Shown: piece after piece, positions 40,161-51,278 of the stretch
Layout of the letters: each line of letters begins with the position of its first letter
How positions within the stretch are numbered: the stretch's first letter is position 1
Assembly (NCBI RefSeq): GCF_964204645.1
Contig: NC_134035.1
Location: forward strand, 13,700,686-13,764,685
DNA length: 64,000 bases
Source: Tubulanus polymorphus
Taxonomy: Eukaryota; Animalia; Nemertea
Reading direction: 5' to 3'
Translations under genes and position numbers: made by a program
The notes under the pieces: model-generated
Seen by the model: the letters and a program-made list of their open reading frames with translations, nothing else
Told to the model about the DNA's origin: nothing
Databases searched by the model: none

Positions 40161-40487
40161 TATCTGCTGTTTAACTGTTCGAAATTCACATTTTATTCAG
40201 TTTTCAGAGTCAACAATCCGCCATTGTTTCACTAATTACCGCCGATAAGCGAGCGATTCCGGCCAGACACGACCCGGTGTACCAGCGCGCTCTAATCATC
40301 AAATACTCGAGTAACGATCGCATTCTGAAGTACTCGGCGAGCGAGCGCAGAATTCTCGACGCCGTCAAAGGCTCACATACTTAAACAATGAAAAGCAAAG
40401 AATAAAAAACGTCAAAAACAGCGACAATCAAAAGCTCGATTTTCGAAGTTTCGTATTTAAAGTGACACGGGTTGAGGTGCGGTGATA
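40161..40487. promoter_or_regulatory. Putative bidirectional promoter between BBS12 and BAX
   Basis: Only ~330 bp between the divergent predicted start codons; CpG-enriched. Confidence 0.55.
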
Positions 40488-43400
40488 ATGGCTGAAGGAG
40501 GGCAGGATCCAAACAGGGATAATCCATCAGATCATCCTCTTAATCCCAGTAAGTTTCTTGCTTCCAATCCAATCGATCCCATTTGGCATTTCCCAAGGCC
40601 AACCCGATCCCGAATGAGAACAAAAAACGATTTTTATTTAATTTCGAAGTTTTATGTGTAAGTATTTGAATAGGAGCAGTTAAAAAAAATCTTTTGATTT
40701 GTAGTTTCACAATGACTGTGATAGGGATTTGGACAGGGGTTCGGTTTTGGGCACTCATTCATCGACATTCATCATGGATAGGACAGGAGGTTGGGCAAGG
40801 CTCTGGCCCGGGACACTTAACAGTGACAGGGTCAGGGTTAAGGGTAGCTCTACAGCCAGTGCTGCGAGGCCGCTGTAGGAGGCTGCTACTCCACTATCCC
40901 TGTCGGTATTTAAACATGTTACACTTTCGTTTTTTGTTTCAGATTGGCGCAGGTTACAGAGAAGTTTAAGCCGTCACGATATCGGGAACCAATCACGTTT
41001 CTTGTTACATCAGTTCATACACGAGCGTCTAACCGATGAAGGATTGAGGAATGCTCCCGATCTGGACACATTAGTCGAACCAGGAACACCTTCAGGTTGT
41101 GATAACTGCGGTAATGCTAGCTTAATATAAACACCCTCCCTCCACCCTTTCCCTCCCTCCCCCTTTCCCTCCCTCACCCTCTCACCCCCCCCTCCAACTC
41201 ACTCTGATCGAGTGATAACTCCTGGCCATTGGTACCAGGAGAAAAGGGTAAAAAATTGCTTTGACCTCTTTATTGGCCACGCTGACCTGTATAATATTGA
41301 CTAACTATTCGATCCATTTCTGCTACTATTTGACCTGTTTCTTGGTCATAATTGACCTGTTTATTGGTCACTCCTTGACCTCTGTTCATTGGCTACTATT
41401 TGACTTGTTTCTTGGCCACTGCTGACCAATGTCTTCACCACTATTTGACCTGTTTCTTGGCCACTGTCGATCGATGGCTTTCTTGACTTTTATTTAACCT
41501 GTTATTTTGCCACTGTTGACCAGTGTCTTTGCCACTATTGACCTGTTTCCTGGCCTATCTATGCACCACTTTTTGCCTTGTTTTGCCACTGTAATTATTT
41601 GCCACTCATCACTGTTTTATTTCTCATGAAATTGTGTTATTTTCAAATCGTTTTGAATTCTTCCATATTGTATTACATCACGTCACCGGTGACCGGTCAC
41701 TTCACCGGTGACTGGTCACCTCATGTTTGATTTCCATTCATTTTCAATGTCATTCAATATTCATCTTATTCTGTGTCTAATAATCAGCTGATACTAATAC
41801 AGTAGTCATTGACAACTACTGTTTGACTGTCAAAAGGTTTGCCATCAAATGAAATAAACTGTATTTATGTTTTAGGTCCACCTATTGATAAAGTACGTGA
41901 AGTAGCTCGATGTTTACGTATGATTGGAGATGAATTAGACCAGGATGATAGATTACAATGGTAAATCATGATATCTCTATCGATAATCTCATTTCCCTCG
42001 CGTGGTTCACTGATATTCGATAATCTCAGGTCCCTCATGTGGTTCACCGATATTCGATAATCTCAGGTCCCTCGCGTGGTTCACTGATATTTGATAATCT
42101 CAGGTCCCTCACGTGGTTCACTGATATTCGATAAACTCAGGTCCCTCACGTGGTTCACTGATATTCGATAATCTCAGGTCCCTCACGTGGTTCACTGATA
42201 TTCGATAATCTCAGGTCCCTCAACGTGGTTCACTGATATTCGATAATCTCAGGTCCCTCACGTGGTTCACTGATATTCGATAATCTCAGGTCCCTCAACG
42301 TGGTTCACTGATATTCGATAATCTCAGGTCCCTCACGTGGTTCACTGATATTCGATAATCTCAGGTCCCTCACGTAGTTCACTGATATTCGATTGATTTG
42401 ATAGATTCTCGTTTTATTTCTTGTCGATAGTTTGATCTCTGAGATTTCACCCGAATCACCACAACAGACATTCATGAATGTTGCCAAGGAGATATTCTCC
42501 GATGGAATTTACAACTGGGGACGTGTTGTCACTTTATTTTACTTTGCCTTCAAAATGGTGCGAAAGGTACGTTTAACCCGTCGTGAAATTACTCTATTCT
42601 TCTGTAACATGTATTGGTCTAAGTTTAATTGGAAATTAATTCGATATTTTCTATTTTCAGGCGTTGGATAAAATACCGTTAATAAAAGCAATAATCGATT
42701 GGGTCGTAGATTTCATAATAGCATACGTAGCACCTTGGATTATAGAAAGAGGAGGCTGGGTCAGTATTCATTTAATTCATATTTCATTTAATTCAATTGG
42801 CCATATTCATCATATTGTTAGATTGATATTTCTTTCAATTCAGTATCGGGGCAGATTCAAGGGGATCTCATTAGATTTAAACGTGACCCCTGCCCTTCGA
42901 AATATCAGGGCACTAAGCGTCAAAATGAGTAAAATTTGTCAGGAAACAAATTGTGAAAAATATCGGGTCTTTTAAATCCTACAAGTAAAATATTTTAAAG
43001 AAGTTCAGGAGTTTCCATCTGTTCAGTTGCAAAAAACCAAACCTCCAAATTTTGAATAAGTTCCTAATGAAAATCCCCTCTGTATTAACCCTTTCAGTGC
43101 GTCTACACCGCAGTGCGGTGTATAAATCAGCGATAGATTTTGCTTGTACACCGCACTGCGGTGTATTGATGTAATTAATAATTAGTTTTTATCTCCCTTG
43201 AAAGATGGCAGCACATGTCAAACATAGTGAAATATTAGTAACTAACAGACGCACTATAGTGGTATTCCCGTTATTCAACACACTAGGGTGGAATTTTTTT
43301 AAATTTTAGATTATCTCCAGCACTATAGCGTATTAATTAGTCAGCACTGAAAGGGTTAAATAATGAAAATCTATATCACCGATAGAAACTAATGATTGTT

Positions 43401-43527
43401 ATGGTATTTTCACACACAGGAAGCGATACAAGAATATTTCGGAACGCCAGCTATTCAAACGTTAGGAGTTTTTCTCAGTGGAATCATCTGCAGCGCTGCT
43501 TTTATCTGGTGGAAAAATTATAAATAG
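40488..43527 (+). CDS. BAX: Apoptosis regulator BAX-like (Bcl-2 family), ~213 aa, 6 coding exons
   Basis: Exons 40488-40548, 40943-41095 (or -41110), 41876-41960, 42431-42566, 42661-42759, 43420-43527, all in phase. BH3 LRMIGDELD, BH1 IFSDGIYNWGRVVTLFYFA, BH2 WIIERGGW, BAX-type tail YFGTPAIQTLGVFLSGIICSAAFIWWK. Confidence 0.93.
41980..42392. repeat. 37-bp tandem repeat, ~10 copies (BAX intron 3)
   Basis: Unit GTCCCTCACGTGGTTCACTGATATTCGATAATCTCAG. Confidence 0.93.
43089..43355. mobile_element. piggyBac-like MITE (267 bp) in BAX intron 5
   Basis: Perfect 12-bp TIRs CCCTTTCAGTGC / GCACTGAAAGGG flanked by TTAA on both sides (43085-88, 43356-59). Confidence 0.85.
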
Positions 43528-43909
43528 ATTACAACGAGACGGAGAGAGAGACAAATGAACACTAATCGATGGATCGGATTGATTGATGGATCGGACTGAA
43601 TACCGGACTCGAAACGGCCGGCGATTAAAAAAATCTGTTTTATATTCGTGTAAATTAGAGAAATTACTGTGAAATAACTTTATAAAACGTGTTAAATATT
43701 TGGGGCCAGTTTGACGAGGGTTTTCAACCTCCTCAGGATCCTCACAGATGTTAGTTGATTATTAATAGCGCCCCCTAGTGAGTATTTAAAACAACACACT
43801 GAATGAACCCGTGCACCTCTAATATATTATATTCGAATTATGTAAAATTGATTAAAGTCAAACTTGCGATAAGTTGTCATTCGGATATTAAGTCATTACG
43901 TTACTGAAG

Positions 43910-44344
43910 CAGACCGGACTACCACTACTATTTCAGGGTAGTTACTACCCTTTTTGAGAGGTCAATTACGACCAAAATTATTAAAATGCTCTCAAATCGG
44001 AATAGCAGGGTGCGATCTAAGCACTTGTCCGATTGCCCGGGACAAGTATATTTTCATTTAGGGCGAGTAGGTTATCATTATCACTTGTCCTCCGGGCTAG
44101 TGCAATTTTATGTTACAAAGCATTTTTCCCACTCGATACAACGGATGATAGCGCCACCAGTCAAACTGCCTGTGTAGGGCAAGTAGATTTTTGAGGTTGC
44201 AAGTAAAATTTCACATATGCTTGCCCCCGGGCAAGTGATTCTTATTCCTTAGATCGGACCCTGGAATAGTAACTAGTTAATCAACGATTAAGCTACTATT
44301 TTCGTTGTCAAATTGTGGCGAAAACTACTATGTTGTCAGGTCTG
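43910..44344. mobile_element. Non-autonomous TIR element (outer) with 6-bp TSD, interrupted by a second element
   Basis: TIRs CAGACCGGAC / GTCAGGTCTG (1 mismatch); direct repeat CTGAAG at 43904-09 and 44345-50. Confidence 0.75.
44006..44263. mobile_element. hAT-like MITE (inner, 258 bp) with 6-bp TSD
   Basis: 16-bp TIRs CAGGGTGCGATCTAAG / CTTAGATCGGACCCTG (1 mismatch); GAATAG duplicated at 44000-05 and 44264-69; repeated subterminal RCAAGT/ACTTGY motifs. Confidence 0.82.
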
Positions 44345-45823
44345 CTGAAGTCGACTCTTCTATTTTCGATAATCAATTTGTATTTCTAATTCAATTTACT
44401 AAGCATAAGTCATTATTTGGATAAGTCGCTCGTAAGTTTCACGGTATTTTAAATTCTCCGCGGGAAATTATTTATTAATAATTTCCGACACGTTTGAATA
44501 TTTATATCCTGCTGAAAAAAGAAGCACAAATTTAATACCTTTTTTTCTCGTTTTCATTTTTATAATTTATTCAAATACGAAACGTGTTAATTAGTTAAAA
44601 ATCAATGAATTTAATACAATGTATAAAAGTTTGCCGGCGGATACTGGTTATAATTTATTCACTTGTAAAATATCTGTCAATCATGTTTAATCGTTTCTAT
44701 GGTGATTATGAGACCCATCCCACTATAAACTGTTTAAGTCTCTCATTTCCTGTTTTTTTTGCGGTTTTTTTTTCAGAGGTAATCTTTTTGTTAACTATAG
44801 AATTTAAGATTGATGAAACCACCGCAAGTTTGTGCCGTGGTGTAGAGATTTATGAGAAAAAAATGAATAAAATAAGATAAAAATTGTACAAATTACGTCG
44901 ACATTCGTTTGAAATTTACTCATTAAGTTTTGGATGTTTAAATGTACTGTTGGAATTTTTGAGGACTGAGACTAAGGATTTTATCTCAACATGGGCCTGC
45001 GGGAAGCAATACAGGAACAATCCCTATACAATCAGACAGTTCTGTCAAAGTAGCTCAAAACTCTTTCAAAAATTAGATTCTACTTTTATTAGCATAATTT
45101 TGGAGTTTATAGAATCGCAAGTTTGAAATAAAATGACTATATTGATTACTTTTGATTACTCGCATGCCACAGTAGGAACGTAAAACTTCGTCGAATCGTT
45201 ACCGTCAAGTGCTGCCCTGGAAGATATCGTTGACGGCGAACCTGAGAACTAACGTATTACTCGCATGCCACAGGTAGGAATATCCAGCAGCGAGGTTACT
45301 TCACATATTCGCCGTCAATGTTGTGTAAAGGGGCAGCACTTGACGGTAAATGTCTGACACTTCGAGGGCACGGGGCTCAGATGATGATGTGAATTAGGTT
45401 CGGGGTCCATTCTCGAAATATCACTTTAAGACCTAACAAAGTCACTCTACGATCCCCAACGGACGAAAATCAGGAGGAGGAGTCTCTACTGCTATTGTCG
45501 TGACAGTAACTGAGGAACGAGTAACTGGGTTAATTTATCGATCACTCAAGAGTGCCCCAGGTTCTGCCTGTACGTAAAACAGTACTGCGCGCTCATGGAG
45601 AGAGTACAGTGCCGCCGCTGCTGCAAATGCCAAGGTTACCCACCGATAGCAGTGCAGTAATACACACAACCTAACCGAACTCGCTCCGCGCAGAGTGTAA
45701 TTCAGGAGTGATGTGAAATCATCTGATATTTAGTCATCATGAAACACGCCCAGTCATACTGCTCTTATTTCGCAGTGGTACATATACTGATTAGTGGTAG
45801 ATACAGATGAGTGGTATCCGGCG

Positions 45824-46414
45824 ATGAGTGGTTGGTTAGAATCTGAGTGGACTATTGATAATTGGGCTCAGAAAGCCATCACGTGTATCTCAATAGCCGC
45901 ACTATTCGGTTTTATACTAGTTTTTACGGTCGTGTCGTTCGTAAAAATATGTCGTAAATACTGTGGGATTTGTTACTGCGGCTTCGATTCAGGTGCAAGA
46001 AGGCGACAACAGCTGCGAGTACCTGCGGCTACTGGGGCTGCATCTGTAGCCACATGGAATAAATCCGATGGACCGCAGTTGTACCCGGGTGGTCCAACAG
46101 CAACGGTGACCACCGAGTTAGACGGACCGGCCGCAGAGACGGCAGCGACCTGTGGTGAATCGCTGCTCCCGGCTAACGATACATCGACGTCGGCACCATC
46201 AGCGACCTTTGAGTCTCACACATCAACGTCGGCAACGACCTGCGAGTCAACTACGGCTACAGCAAGTGACAGCCTGCTGCCGACAGCAAGTGACAGCCTG
46301 CTGCTGCCGACAGCAAGTGACAGCCTGCTGCCGACAGCAAGAGACAGCCTGCTACCGACAGCAGCTAACCCCGAGGAAACACATGTAGTCTCTAATGCAC
46401 CATCCGTAGTGTGA
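45824..46414 (+). CDS. Hypothetical single-pass membrane protein (~196 aa) with Cys-rich juxtamembrane segment and Ser/Thr/Ala-rich tail
   Basis: Open frame from ATG 45824 (ORF track extends to a GTG at 45794). One hydrophobic helix (AITCISIAALFGFILVFTVVSFV) followed by KICRKYCGICYCG and repeats of TASDSLLP. AATAAA near 46945. No recognisable family. Confidence 0.55.
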   Translation: MSGWLESEWTIDNWAQKAITCISIAALFGFILVFTVVSFVKICRKYCGICYCGFDSGARRRQQLRVPAATGAASVATWNKSDGPQLYPGGPTATVTTELDGPAAETAATCGESLLPANDTSTSAPSATFESHTSTSATTCESTTATASDSLLPTASDSLLLPTASDSLLPTARDSLLPTAANPEETHVVSNAPSVV

Positions 46415-47103
46415 CGAGTGACTGGAGATAATCGAATGTAGACCGAGATTAAGGGTATAAGGGGAGGGAGAGGGGAGGGGGAGGGGGAGAGGGGGAGGGG
46501 AGGGGGAGAGGGAGAGGAGAGGGGCGGGGGAGGGTTGTCGTTGTGAGCGAAGTTACTGATATTATTTATGTGAAGTGATTCTTGATTCAAATACTCAATG
46601 AAACAGTTTATATGCAATTTCACAATTCGATTGTGCTTTTCGGGAAGATGAATTCATCTATGGATTGGTCACATCTAGAACTGCCCCCGATACAGAGATT
46701 TTCTATCAAGAAAAATACTCGAGTCTTTGGGATGAGCTCAAAAATGACCCATCACTCATGTAGATCGGAATGTACCCGATCATTATAGATATATATCTAA
46801 TGTTTCTATCGAGTATGAAATACGATTTGTCGAAATAAGAACTAAGATAGATTTTAGTAAAATATAAATTACTTGATCTAAAACGAAACTGTTAATTTAT
46901 AATTCTAAATGGATTAAAAACGTATATTTCATGTATTCATTTGCAATAAAAACGTATTTTTTATTATTCAATATTCATTTATTTGTTTCCACATTATTCC
47001 GTCAAATCACATTTTAAAAAAGTTTTCATCACAATTTAAGAACAAACTATTATCATTGATATTATTATGTAGCCACAATCGTCTTGGAGCAGTTCCTCAT
47101 TCG

Positions 47104-50100
47104 TTAATTAGGCAACGCATTTTCATCGATAAACCAAACAAGTTTCGCGTCCGTTTCAGGAGAGATTGATAAGATCGGGTAAGCGGGTTTATCACTGGTG
47201 CTGGTGGAGGTCAGCTGAATCTTATCGAGTATCGAACGTTTAGATTGGCCGAGGACTAGTACTGATATAGCGCGAGATTTAGATATGAATTCAGTCGTCA
47301 AACTCATTCTCATCTCACTATCACCACCACCTGCACCAGCACCAGCACCAGTACCACCACCAGTTCCACCACCAGTACCAGCACCAGCGCCAGTTTCACC
47401 ACCAGTACCACCACCAGTTCCACCACCAGCACCACCACCAGTTCCAGCACCAGCACCAGCAGTACCCATACCAGCACCCGCAGCAGCGATTGACCTCCGT
47501 GTATAGATACATAGGTCGTTCATATCTAACGGTGACGGCCGCTGTTGTATCGTATCAGGGAATATTGACGCAGTGTGGCCGTCATTACCTAAACCTAGCA
47601 CCGTATAATCTAACCTACCCCCTACTGACGATAAATGATCGTTTAAATGTTTACTGTAAACCCGATTTCCCTGATCAAACGGGTCGCACTTACTCAGTAA
47701 ATTAACAGGCATAGGATGAACGTTCAAATATGGAATATCTACGAATTTTAACAGATTTTCGTGAATGAGATTAAAATTCGAATGTCCATCCGTTAACGGG
47801 ACGCATCGTTCGTCCACTAACCAGACGTGGGTTCGAACCCACTCGATATCGGTTATTGATAACGCTCTCAGTAGCGGTATCGGACTAGTTCCGCCGGATA
47901 ATGCTAAATGAAAAACGCCGCGATTTTCTATCGCCGATCGCGATTCTGTTTTTATATCGCTAGCGAGACTTCCGATTACATCGAATTTCTCGCCGGTCAC
48001 CAGGGGGCGTAGTAAAAACTGACACGACGCGTTACCGTGGCAATATTTCGACGGATTATTGTTGAATTTCGCAGACGACTCGAAATGAGTCACGTGATCG
48101 GTTGATTTGAATATCAACGAATTGTTGCGATAATTAAAGTCTAAAACGCTCGTATCGCTGGCTTTATAGATATTCAGGTGTCCGGGTGGGCCCAGAACCG
48201 GGTCCCAAACTCTCCACGATTCTAATAACTGTTCCGTCGATACGAACACGCACTTTTCATTCAGTAGAACAGACTGTAATACAGAATAGTAATCGCCATA
48301 GTCTGTTCTATAATCAGGGATTATAGAATTATCGTCATCAGTCGGGTCGAATTTCCAGCCTTCGCCCGGCGAGATTTTCATCCCGTTTCCAGGGTAAGAT
48401 ATTCTATTCGAACTTAACGAAAATCTAACCGGCTCCGGTGCGAACGAGTCCCGATCGTTCGCGTTCAGTCTGAAATCTGTATTTTTGAAATATATATTTA
48501 TGGAGCTGTCTTTACGCGGCAGACTCTTCCCGCTGATTAGTAGGACAGGTACCCCGTCCCATCGGCGAGATGCTATATTGATTTTAACGGCCGCGAATGT
48601 CGGACACTGCGAGTTTTTGACTCCTGTTTCTGCAGCCGTCTGCTCTCCGTATCGCTCGTATTGTCCCAGTAAAACGCTATCGCCGTTTAACGCCGATATC
48701 CGCCTTAAGATATTCAGTTTATTTCGCTGGATTTCCGTCCGATTGTCGACCGATTTCGGCGGTAGTTCCATAGTTACCAATAGCAACAGTTCGGTCAGGT
48801 GATTCTGTAAGGTGTCTCTGATGACGCAGTTCTGTTCGTAAAAACTACATCTGCCTGTAAACAAGAATATGGAAATGAGTCCGAGACACAGGTTTCAAAA
48901 TGGTGACTGAAAGAAAAATCCAAATTAAACAGAAGAGAGTCGCCACAATACTATACGAAAAATAATATCAAGTGCGAAAATACGTATTGAAAAAGACTCG
49001 GAGAATCTCGTCGACACGTCACCAGTCAACCCCTGACAAACTGCCACCTTTTCAGGTTCTTTTCGGGGAACAAAAACATTGTTATATTATCTCGGAACTT
49101 AGTCGAATTCAACCCCGATATAGCGCCATATTCTCACTGACATGCATGGACCCGGGGTGATGTATATCACGGGTTTAACTGTAGTTACCTTTCACGTCTA
49201 AAGTTTCGGTCATTTTGATCTCGATTCTGTCCACGTGTTTATTATTCAACATCGCTTCAAATTCACTATTCGTCGCTCTGCAAAAAACAGACACATAGAA
49301 AAATCATCATTTATTATATGGATCCTGAATAACAAGCATGAAGTCACTGCGAGAGTGTCTAGCATTCAATGTATTCAATAATTGAAATCGAAATGCTATT
49401 TACAACGTAACTAAGTTAATGATCAAATTAATAAATATTGTTAAAATTGGGTAACTGCGCAAGGGTTAGGATTAGGATTAGGACAGCTTTCGTATTCGTA
49501 GGTGAAATTACCTGAAATTGAGGATATGTTTAGCTACTGGTTTACTGAGATAATGATCCACCCTAAAAACCTGTTCTTCGTTCAAATACTGCTTAACTTC
49601 GGCGGCTAACTGTTGCGCCGAATTGTGGTCGCTTCCGAAGGGTTTCTCCAACACTACTCTTAACCACGAGGAGCCACCGTTCTCCAGCTCCGCCCCACCG
49701 CCGGGACGACAGTTCTCGGAGATCAGACGAACTGAACTCGAATACGAGGATGGAGGTATCGATAGATAGAATAGTAATCTGGAGATGGTCCCTCCTGCTC
49801 CGTGGTGCTGGTTGTGACACGAGAATAACCCGGGTTTCATTGCGCATGTCTCCAGGTCGGCTCCTGATATTCTAGATCTAACATCACTGCAAAACCTCCC
49901 ATAATCAGAAGACGTCTTCAACTGTTTATATCGGGTGCGTTTTATAAATTCAGATTTCCACCAATCGCATTCGTCAGATTTACCCCCCAATTGCTGCTGT
50001 TTCTGTTGTCCCGCGCAACTAATTCGAGTTGTTAGTATAGAATTCAATAATTTGGAGCCTTCCTCCTCGTTAATGCGGGCGGCTCCGTATACATATAAAT

Positions 50101-50329
50101 TCGACGCTTGGTTCCTGCTGTGAGTGCGGTACACGTCGAATATAGCCTGCCATAGATATTTCTTGGCCAGATCTCCGGTCGCGCCGACCAGTACGATCAC
50201 TACCGGTTCCGTTACGGGATCGTCTGATTGGTCGGCGATTGACAAGGGCTCATCTGATTGGTCGGTGATCACATCGCCGGTACTGATCACCAAAACAACC
50301 GTTAAAGATAGAATTTGGAGGAAGTTCAT
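47104..50329 (-). CDS. H6PD: Hexose-6-phosphate dehydrogenase (ER bifunctional GDH/6PGL), ~885 aa, 3 coding exons
   Basis: Exons 50329-49512, 49277-49189, 48854-47104. Signal-peptide-like N-terminus MNFLQILSLTVVLVISTG; G6PD-family motifs GATGDLAKKYLW, EKPFG, RVDHYLSK, IRDTLQNHLTE; C-terminal 6-phosphogluconolactonase motifs LALSGGTSP, VDERCVP, LGLGNDGHTASIFP. Acceptor at 50339-40 implies an upstream UTR exon (donor near 51002). Confidence 0.93.
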
Positions 50330-51002
50330 CACGGAGCTCTGTAAAATAAAAAACACTGACATTTCTTGTTCAATTTCTATAACTTAAAAGTTAAGACTGT
50401 TCAAGCTAATAATCGGGTGGCTACTATAGTGCATCAGCCTCATCAGGTGAATGAAGTCAATGGAAAAACAAATATTTTTGTCACTTGAAACCTGATCTCA
50501 ATCCGTTTATCTTCACCAGTTTTATCACGTAATAATTTCTACTTGAAGAGCAGAGAAAATGAACAGGGTAATTATAAACTAGTTGACCTGTGGTTTCTGT
50601 TTAGCCTACTACTTATTTTGTGGTGTTACTATTTTTGTCATGCGCTATCATAAAAATATCAAATTATAACGCTACAGATTATCGCTATAGACTCCGCGCT
50701 GAAACCAGACCACCGGCAGCACGCCGGGACTGACTTGCCCAATGGCCGTTGGGTTACAACGGCCAACAGATGACTTTTCAAAAGGCCCATCTACAGAAAT
50801 ATAATATTTGACAACTCTACATAATCTGTGACCCTTTCAAACGATTAAAAAGCCAAGCGTGAAGTTAAATTGTCACAGCGGACTCGAAATATGTCGTTAA
50901 GAGTGTTCGCGACCTGACCCGGCCCGCTACGCGTATTCTTGTCTAATAAATCTTAAATTGAATTGAATTTGTTTAGAATATATCGACACTTAAACGCCTT
51001 AC

Positions 51003-51278
51003 CTTAACAGCTTAAATACGTAGGTTTAACAACTCCGTCAAACGATTCATGAATATCAAATCAATATTGTCGATGAGATGGAATAACTGACCGGTACTGA
51101 TTGCGCGGTGAACAGCTGGACTCGAACACTCTTCCTCCAGACTAACAAAATCATTACATCTGCTGTCGAACAATTTCGTCAAATTTTATTTACGTCATCG
51201 GCCAAGTCATCAGTCAAATTAACTCTCAATTTCTCAGTAAAATATCGGATATTTCACTATAATTTAACACTGGATAGA
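51003..51278. promoter_or_regulatory. Putative bidirectional promoter / 5' UTRs of H6PD and BET1
   Basis: Minus-strand splice donor at ~51002 and BET1 ATG at 51279; CRE-like TTACGTCA at ~51190. Confidence 0.5.

Noticed and set aside
40905-40925. p53 response element in BAX intron 1 (AAACATGTT)
   Set aside because: Only a single imperfect half-site.
50695-50775. Two GC-rich hairpins suggesting a ribozyme
   Set aside because: Could not be fitted to hammerhead, HDV or twister topology by eye; would need an Infernal/Rfam search.
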